Below, piece by piece: positions 58,510-64,000 of a stretch of DNA of 64,000 nucleotides. Made by a program: the position numbers and the translations under genes. The notes under the pieces were generated by a model. The model saw only the letters and a list, made by a program, of their open reading frames with translations, made no database searches and was not told where the DNA came from. Source of the DNA: Acidobacteriota bacterium (GTDB lineage: Bacteria > Acidobacteriota > Thermoanaerobaculia > UBA5066 > Gp7-AA6); assembly GCA_020199905.1 (NCBI GenBank), contig JAIVJS010000075.1:4521-68520 (forward strand), read 5' to 3'. Position 1 is the first letter of the stretch. Every line of letters begins with the position of its first letter.

Positions 58510-59898
58510 ATGCGCGACACGACGTTCGGAGAGGAGCCCCGCCTCGAGCGGGCGCTTTCGACGACGGACTCCGTTCTCGTCACGGTCGGTGCGACCCTCG
58601 GGACCGGCATCTTCCTCACGACTTCGGAGATCGCGAAGGCCGTTCCGGACCCGCGCGGCATTCTCCTTCTGTGGCTCGGGGGCGGCATCCTCGCGCTGGC
58701 GGGCGCGCTGACGTATGCGGAGCTCGGCGCGATGTTTCCCCGCGCGGGCGGGCAGTATCACTACGTCAAAGAGGCCTACGGCCCGCTCTTCGGGTTTCTG
58801 TACGGCTGGGGCGCCTTCTTCGTGATGATGACGGGCGGGATCGCCGTGCTCGCCGTCGGGTTCGGCGAGTACCTCGGCGCGTTCCTCCCGTTTTTTTCGA
58901 GCGCGCACCGGCTCTGGAGCGTTCCCCTCGGATCCTTCGTCTGGACCGCGACCGGCGCCCAGCTCGCGGGGGCGATCGCGATCGCCGGTCTGACCGCGAT
59001 CAACTACGCCGGCGTTCGTGCGGGAACGCGGTTTCAGAACGCCATCACCGCCGCGAAGATTCTGTCCCTCCTCCTCCTCGGCGTCCTGGGACTCTTCCTT
59101 CCGGCGCGGCCGGGCGCGTTCGCGACCACGGGTTCGCTCTTTCCGACGGGCTTCGCCGCGGCAGGCGTCGGCATGATCGCCGTGCTGTGGACATACGACG
59201 GCTGGTACGGCGCCACGTTTCTCGCCGGTGAGATGAGAAACCCGGAGAAGTCGCTCCCGATCGGTCTGATCGTCGGGACCGCGGCCGTCACTGGCATCTA
59301 CCTTCTCGTCAACGTCGTGTACCTCCGCGCGCTGCCTGTTCCCGTGCTGGCGAAGACGCCGCGGGTCGCCGAGGCGAGCGCGCTCGCCCTCTTCGGCCCC
59401 GGAGGCGGTCGGCTCATCACGACCCTCGTGCTCATCTCGATCTTCGGGTGCCTGGCAACGACGGTCCTCTACTGCGCCCGGATCTACCTGCCGATGTCGC
59501 GCGACGGCCTGTTCTTCGAAGCGCTCGGGCGCGTCCATCCGCAGCATCACACCCCGGGCGCGAGCCTGATCGCTCAGGGCGCGTGGGGCATCGCCCTGAC
59601 GTTCTCGGGGACATACGAGCAGCTCTACACGTACGTGATCTTCGCTATCTTCCTCTTCCACGCCGTGACGGGCGTCGCGGTCATCGTGCTCCGCCGCAGC
59701 CGGCCGGGCGAGCCGCGGCCCTTCCGGGTCCCTGGATATCCCTGGATCCCGCTCGTCTTCGTGGCCGTGTGCCTCGTCTTCGTGGGAAACACGCTGCTCG
59801 AGAAACCGGTCGAGTCCGTCATCGGCCTCGCCATCCTCGTCGCCGGCCTTCCAGCGTACGTCTGGTGGCGCCGGAGCGGCGCCGCGCGGGCGGCCTGA
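58510..59898 (+). CDS. APC-family amino acid permease
   Basis: GTGIF, YAELG..PRAGG.Y, YDGW, EMRNP, RPFRVPGYP. Confidence 0.93.
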   Translation: MRDTTFGEEPRLERALSTTDSVLVTVGATLGTGIFLTTSEIAKAVPDPRGILLLWLGGGILALAGALTYAELGAMFPRAGGQYHYVKEAYGPLFGFLYGWGAFFVMMTGGIAVLAVGFGEYLGAFLPFFSSAHRLWSVPLGSFVWTATGAQLAGAIAIAGLTAINYAGVRAGTRFQNAITAAKILSLLLLGVLGLFLPARPGAFATTGSLFPTGFAAAGVGMIAVLWTYDGWYGATFLAGEMRNPEKSLPIGLIVGTAAVTGIYLLVNVVYLRALPVPVLAKTPRVAEASALALFGPGGGRLITTLVLISIFGCLATTVLYCARIYLPMSRDGLFFEALGRVHPQHHTPGASLIAQGAWGIALTFSGTYEQLYTYVIFAIFLFHAVTGVAVIVLRRSRPGEPRPFRVPGYPWIPLVFVAVCLVFVGNTLLEKPVESVIGLAILVAGLPAYVWWRRSGAARAA

Positions 59899-59900
59899 GC

Positions 59901-60968
59901 GTGGACGGCACTGCGCTCGTCCTCTGCGGCACCCAATTTCGGACCGACAACGGGAAGACGGCGCACGGGCTGGTCCGCGGGACGGAGCGCTATCGCATCG
60001 TCGGGATCGTCGACTCCTCCTGCCCCGGCGAGGACGCCGGCCGCCTGCTCGATGGCGTCCCGCGCGGCATTCCCGTATTCGCCTCGATCCCCGACGCTCT
60101 GGACGCTTTACCCGACCGTCCCGATTTCGCGGTCGTCGGGATCGCCACGTCCGGCGGGCGCATCCCGCCGGAGATCAAAGCCGCCATCGCCGAGGCGATC
60201 GACTCCGGCCTCTCGATCGTCAACGGCCTGCACGATCCGGTCTCCGACGACCCCGCCCTGGCGGAAGCCGCGCGCCGCCGCGGGGTCTCGATCACCGACG
60301 TTCGCCGGCCGCGCCCGATCTCGGAGCTGCACTTCTGGACGGGCGAGATCCGCAAACTGGCAACTCCGCGGATCGCGGTTCTCGGAACCGACTGCGCCGT
60401 CGGAAAGCGCACGACCGCTCGCCTGCTGACCGAGGCGTGCCGGCGATCGGGCCTGCGCGCCGAGATGGTCTTCACGGGACAGACCGGGTGGCTCCAGGGC
60501 GGCCGGTGGGGATTCCTGCTCGACGCCACGCCGAACGACTTCGTGTCGGGCGAGCTCGAGCGAGCCGTCCTCGCCTGCGCCCGCGAGGCGCGGCCCGACG
60601 TCATCTTCCTCGAAGGCCAGTCTTCGCTGCGCAACCCCTCCGGCCCCTGCGGCTCCGAGCTTCTGCTCTCCGGGGGGGCGCGCGCCGCCGTTCTGCAGCA
60701 TGCGCCGGCCCGAGTCGAGTTCGAAGGCTTCGAGGGCATGGGATTTCCCATTCCTGCCGTCGAGGACGAGATCGCGCTGATCGAGTCGTACGGCGCCCGC
60801 ACCGTCGGCGTGGCGCTCAACACGCACGGCCTCGAGGGCGACCGGCGCGAGGAGGTCCGGGACGCCCTCGCCGCCCGGCTCGGCATTCCCGTCGTCTGCC
60901 CGCTCGAGGACGGCGTCGAGCCGCTCGTCGCCGCGGTCCGCAAGTTCGTCGTGGAAGAGAACGCGTGA
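59901..60968 (+). CDS. DUF1611 protein (DgcN-like N-acetyltransferase)
   Basis: GKTAHGLVR, NGLH, GTDCAVGKRTT, TGQTG, EGQSSL. Confidence 0.88.
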   Translation: MDGTALVLCGTQFRTDNGKTAHGLVRGTERYRIVGIVDSSCPGEDAGRLLDGVPRGIPVFASIPDALDALPDRPDFAVVGIATSGGRIPPEIKAAIAEAIDSGLSIVNGLHDPVSDDPALAEAARRRGVSITDVRRPRPISELHFWTGEIRKLATPRIAVLGTDCAVGKRTTARLLTEACRRSGLRAEMVFTGQTGWLQGGRWGFLLDATPNDFVSGELERAVLACAREARPDVIFLEGQSSLRNPSGPCGSELLLSGGARAAVLQHAPARVEFEGFEGMGFPIPAVEDEIALIESYGARTVGVALNTHGLEGDRREEVRDALAARLGIPVVCPLEDGVEPLVAAVRKFVVEENA

Positions 60969-62026
60969 AGATCCTGGGCACGCGGGCTCGCCGGGAACGC
61001 GTGCCTCTGCGGCTGCCGTACCGCGTCGCGGGAAGGACCACCGAGGCGGTCGAGATGTTTCTCCTCGAGGTCGAGACCGACGACCGCGGCGCCGGCCTCG
61101 GCGCCGCGACTCCGGAAGCCGCGATCACGGGCGAGACGGTGGAGGCGTGCTCGGAGGCCCTCTCCGAGAGCTCCCTCGACTGGCTGAGCGGACAGGACGT
61201 CCTCCGCCTCGGCGCTCTCTGCCAGGAGGCGGGACGGCGCATGCGCTCGACCCCAGGTGCGCTGGCGGCCGTCGACATGGCGCTTCACGACCTTTACGCG
61301 CGCCGGCTCGGGGTTCCGCTGGCCGACGCGCTCGGGCGCGTGCACGCCAGCCTGCCCACCTCCGTCACGATCGGCATCCAGGCCCGTGACGAGGCGGTCG
61401 CGCTTGCCGAGGAGCTCGTCGGGCGCGGCTTCCGTATCCTGAAGGTGAAGGTCGGGGAAGCGCTCGAAGAGGACACCGCGCTGATCCGCCGCCTGCACGA
61501 GCGCTTCGGCTCGTCGGTGCGGCTGCGCGCCGACGCGAACGTCGGGTACACACCCGCCGAAGCCGTCCGGTTCCTGGAAGCCGCTGGCGACGCCGTCGAA
61601 TTTCTGGAACAGCCCGTGCCCCGCGAGAACGACGGACTGAGGCGGATGCCGGAGCGCTGGCGCTCCCGCATCGCGGCCGACGAGAGCCTCCTGGACGAGC
61701 GGGACGCGCTGACGCTGGCCGCCGGTGTCCCCGCGTGCGGCATTTTCAACATCAAGCTGATGAAGAGCGGCGGGATCCGCCCCGCTCTCAGGATCGCGGC
61801 GATCGCCGACGCGGCCGGGATCGAGCTGATGTGGGGGTGCATGGACGAGAGCGTGATCGGAATCGCGGCGGCGCTTCACGCGGCCCTCGCCTGCCCCGCG
61901 ACCCGGTATCTCGATCTCGACGGCAGCTTCGATCTGGCGGAAGACCCGGCTCGCGGCGGGTTCACGGTCTCGGACGGCGAGATGACGGTGACGTCCGCGC
62001 CCGGCCTCGGAGTCGACCTGGTATGA
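60965..62026 (+). CDS. Enolase-superfamily dipeptide epimerase / N-acyl-amino acid racemase (DgcA-like)
   Basis: KVKVG, DAN, EQP, ADES, NIKLMKSGG, GCMDES, DLDG. Confidence 0.9.
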   Translation: MKILGTRARRERVPLRLPYRVAGRTTEAVEMFLLEVETDDRGAGLGAATPEAAITGETVEACSEALSESSLDWLSGQDVLRLGALCQEAGRRMRSTPGALAAVDMALHDLYARRLGVPLADALGRVHASLPTSVTIGIQARDEAVALAEELVGRGFRILKVKVGEALEEDTALIRRLHERFGSSVRLRADANVGYTPAEAVRFLEAAGDAVEFLEQPVPRENDGLRRMPERWRSRIAADESLLDERDALTLAAGVPACGIFNIKLMKSGGIRPALRIAAIADAAGIELMWGCMDESVIGIAAALHAALACPATRYLDLDGSFDLAEDPARGGFTVSDGEMTVTSAPGLGVDLV

Positions 62027-62086
62027 CAAAACGTTTCTCGAGAGTCCGCACCGAGTCGTCTCCGGTTCCATCGTCCGGGAGGTCTC

Positions 62087-62811
62087 ATGAAAAGGCCCCG
62101 CCTCGTATCCCTGCTCGCGGCCGCCGCTCTCGCCGCCGCGTCCTCCGCCGGAGCCTCGGAGTGTCTGGTCATCACCGGGGCCTTTGTCTCGGACGGCTCC
62201 GGCAGACCGCTGCGGCGCGGGAGCATCCGCGTCTGCGGCGAGGAGATCCAGGCGGTCGGAACGTTCCGCCCGGGGCGCGAAGACCGCGTCGTCTCCGGGC
62301 GCGGCCTCGTCGCCGCGCCAGGATTCATCGACATCCACAATCACTCGACGGATGGCCTCGCCGAGGACCCTCTCGCCGAGAGCCAGATCTCGCAGCGCAT
62401 CACGACACTGGTCGTCGGCGCGGACGGAGAGTCGCCGTGGCCGCTCTCCGAGTACCTCGACGCGCGCCGCCAGCTTTCTCCTCCGTCAACGTGATGGCGG
62501 TCGTGGGTCACGCGGCGGTGCGCAGCCGCGTGATGGGAGAGAACTACAAGCGGGCCATGCCCGCGCTGCGGCTGAAGCTGGCCGACCGCGGGGTCCTGCG
62601 GCCCGGCGCGAAGGCGGACCTCGTCCTGTTCGACCCCGCGCGGATCGTCGACCGCTCCACCTTCGCGGCTCCGAAGGCCCTGTCCGAGGGGATCCGGCTC
62701 GTTCTCGTCAACGGCGAAGCCGTCTGGGAGGACGGAAAGGCGACCGGCCGCCGGCCCGGCCGCGTCCTCGTCTCAGCGGGAACGGCGGACGCGGCCCCTT
62801 CCCCCCGTTGA
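62087..62811 (+). pseudogene. N-acyl-D-amino-acid deacylase pseudogene
   Basis: APGFIDIHNHS N-terminus, frameshift near 62480, large internal deletion at KRA|MPA (about 62557), C-terminus ADLVLFDP...VLVNG. Confidence 0.85.
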
Positions 62812-62959
62812 AAAAGCTCTCAAAACGGCCCTCTGCGGGCGGTTTCCGCGGGCCTCTTGCCTCGCGGGTCGCGTGATATTCTGTGTTTCTACGATCCGTA
62901 CCGGGGAGCGGGCCGCTTCTGGTCATCTCCGCCGGTCTTCGGCGAGAAAGCGGGGCACC

Positions 62960-63154
62960 ATGGTCGAATACTTTATGAGGACCTGGTTCTGCAGGCACTG
63001 CGGTCGGTCGAACACGACCCCCGTGGCTCTCGACGGACGAGTCACGTGCGAGTTCTGCAAAGACGTCATCCGCATCCAGCCCAGCCGCGACCGCGGCGGC
63101 GAGACCGCGAGCCAGCTGTCGCGGGTCGGACCGACGAACCCGACCGGCGCCTGA
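62960..63154 (+). CDS. Small zinc-ribbon protein (64 aa)
   Basis: WFCRHCG...VTCEFC. Confidence 0.6.
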   Translation: MVEYFMRTWFCRHCGRSNTTPVALDGRVTCEFCKDVIRIQPSRDRGGETASQLSRVGPTNPTGA

Positions 63155-63162
63155 GGCGACTC

Positions 63163-63189
63163 GGCGCCCGATCCGCGGGATCGGGCGCC
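63163..63189 (+). terminator. GC-rich hairpin after the zinc-ribbon gene
   Basis: ggcgcccgatcc-gcg-ggatcgggcgcc, 12-bp perfect stem, no U tail. Confidence 0.5.
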
Positions 63190-63198
63190 TGGTCGTAG

Positions 63199-63233
63199 CT
63201 GTCGGCTCTCGGCTCTCAGTTATCAGTTCTCAA
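63199..63233. repeat. Heptamer tandem array
   Basis: ctgtcgg ctctcgg ctctcag ttatcag ttctcaa. Confidence 0.75.
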
Positions 63234-63439
63234 GCGACGCTCGTGCGCCGTGGTCCTTCCTGATCCCTTTCTTTCGATTTCCTCCTCAGGCCTGCAGCAG
63301 CCTCCGCGACTTGATCTCCTCTAAGAGCGCCTCGATCCGGCGCTCCTAGGCGCCGGGCGACAGGTCGAAGTTGCGGGAAAGGGCACGACCTGGGATCATC
63401 GGTCGAGCGTCCCAGCCGGCGGCCCCTTAAGATGTGCCG

Positions 63440-64000
63440 ATGATACGAGCCCTCTTAGCCGTTTGTCTCCTGATCCAAAGCATCGACCCGCCGTCTTCCG
63501 AGAGGTCGAGCTGGCAGGACGTGGATCGGGTGATGGGGCAGGCCGGAAAAGATCAGCCGGGAGGCGTGCACCGTTTCGCCTGGCCCCGGACGGATCTCGC
63601 CGTTCAGATCGACGGCGTTGCGATCGAGCCGGAGCTCGCGCTCGGATCCTGGGGAGCGTTTCAGCGAATGGGCGCAGAGGCCGAGGTCATGGGCGACCTC
63701 GTGCTGACCGGTACCGAGGCCGGCCCCGTCATGGCGGCGCTCGCGGACGGAGGGTTTGAGATCCTCGCCATCCACAATCATCTGATCAACGAGACGCCGC
63801 GCCTGATCTACGTTCACTACGACGGTCGCGGCGACGCGGCGAAGCTCGCGCGCGCTCTCAAGGCGGCGCTCGGCCGGTCCGCCACGCCGCTCGCGCCCCC
63901 GGCCGGAAGCCTCCCCCGCAAGCCGTCAGCCGAGCAGGAGAAGACTCTTTCCATCCTCAGTGAGGCCGTCGGCCGCAAGGGAACGATGGCCGGGCGCGTC
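63440..64000 (+). CDS. DUF1259 (LppY/LpqO) family protein, partial
   Basis: MIRALLAVCLL...PRTDL...MGDLVL...AIHNHL.NETPRLIYVH; runs off the window; not in the ORF track. Confidence 0.85.
   Translation, partial: MIRALLAVCLLIQSIDPPSSERSSWQDVDRVMGQAGKDQPGGVHRFAWPRTDLAVQIDGVAIEPELALGSWGAFQRMGAEAEVMGDLVLTGTEAGPVMAALADGGFEILAIHNHLINETPRLIYVHYDGRGDAAKLARALKAALGRSATPLAPPAGSLPRKPSAEQEKTLSILSEAVGRKGTMAGRV

Noticed and set aside
62470-62500. Programmed frameshift in the deacylase
   Set aside because: Accompanied by a large deletion and a G-to-R change in the QGITT motif, so pseudogenisation is more likely
63286-63380. Minus-strand fragment SRNFDLSPGA*ERRIEALLEEIKSRRLLQA* as possible amber recoding
   Set aside because: Short, no start and no pyl machinery; most likely a degraded gene tail

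Overview
High-GC (about 70% by eye) bacterial chromosome segment. Gene content suggests a soil Acidobacteriota genome, probably a MAG (inference). Left part: housekeeping and envelope genes (metG, tatD, radC, GT4, polyprenyl synthase, RsbW/STAS pair, two roughly 1000-aa BNR/VPS10 beta-propeller proteins). Centre (20.7-34.5 kb): a tightly coupled 14-gene operon encoding a lanthanide-type PQQ methanol dehydrogenase (xoxF, D-Y-D motif), xoxJ, xoxG, a dedicated caa3-like oxidase whose D- and K-proton-channel residues are substituted, CtaG, a truncated cytochrome c, an atypical Nramp with two PRC-barrel-like partners, a YVTN propeller and a TonB-dependent receptor. Right part: an orphan sdhC, signalling genes with sigma54-like promoters, a CxxC...RAPP arrest-peptide-like leader upstream of an ArnT-like transferase, an RND pump with an internal deletion, an HNH nuclease, a decayed island at tRNA-Asp, a SsuABC/NrtABC-type ABC transporter and a DUF1611/epimerase/D-aminoacylase cluster. 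About ten degenerate 7-nt tandem arrays, often as inverted pairs, sit at gene 3' ends. No CRISPR array, rRNA, integrase or transposase was seen. All family calls come from motif recognition, not database searches.
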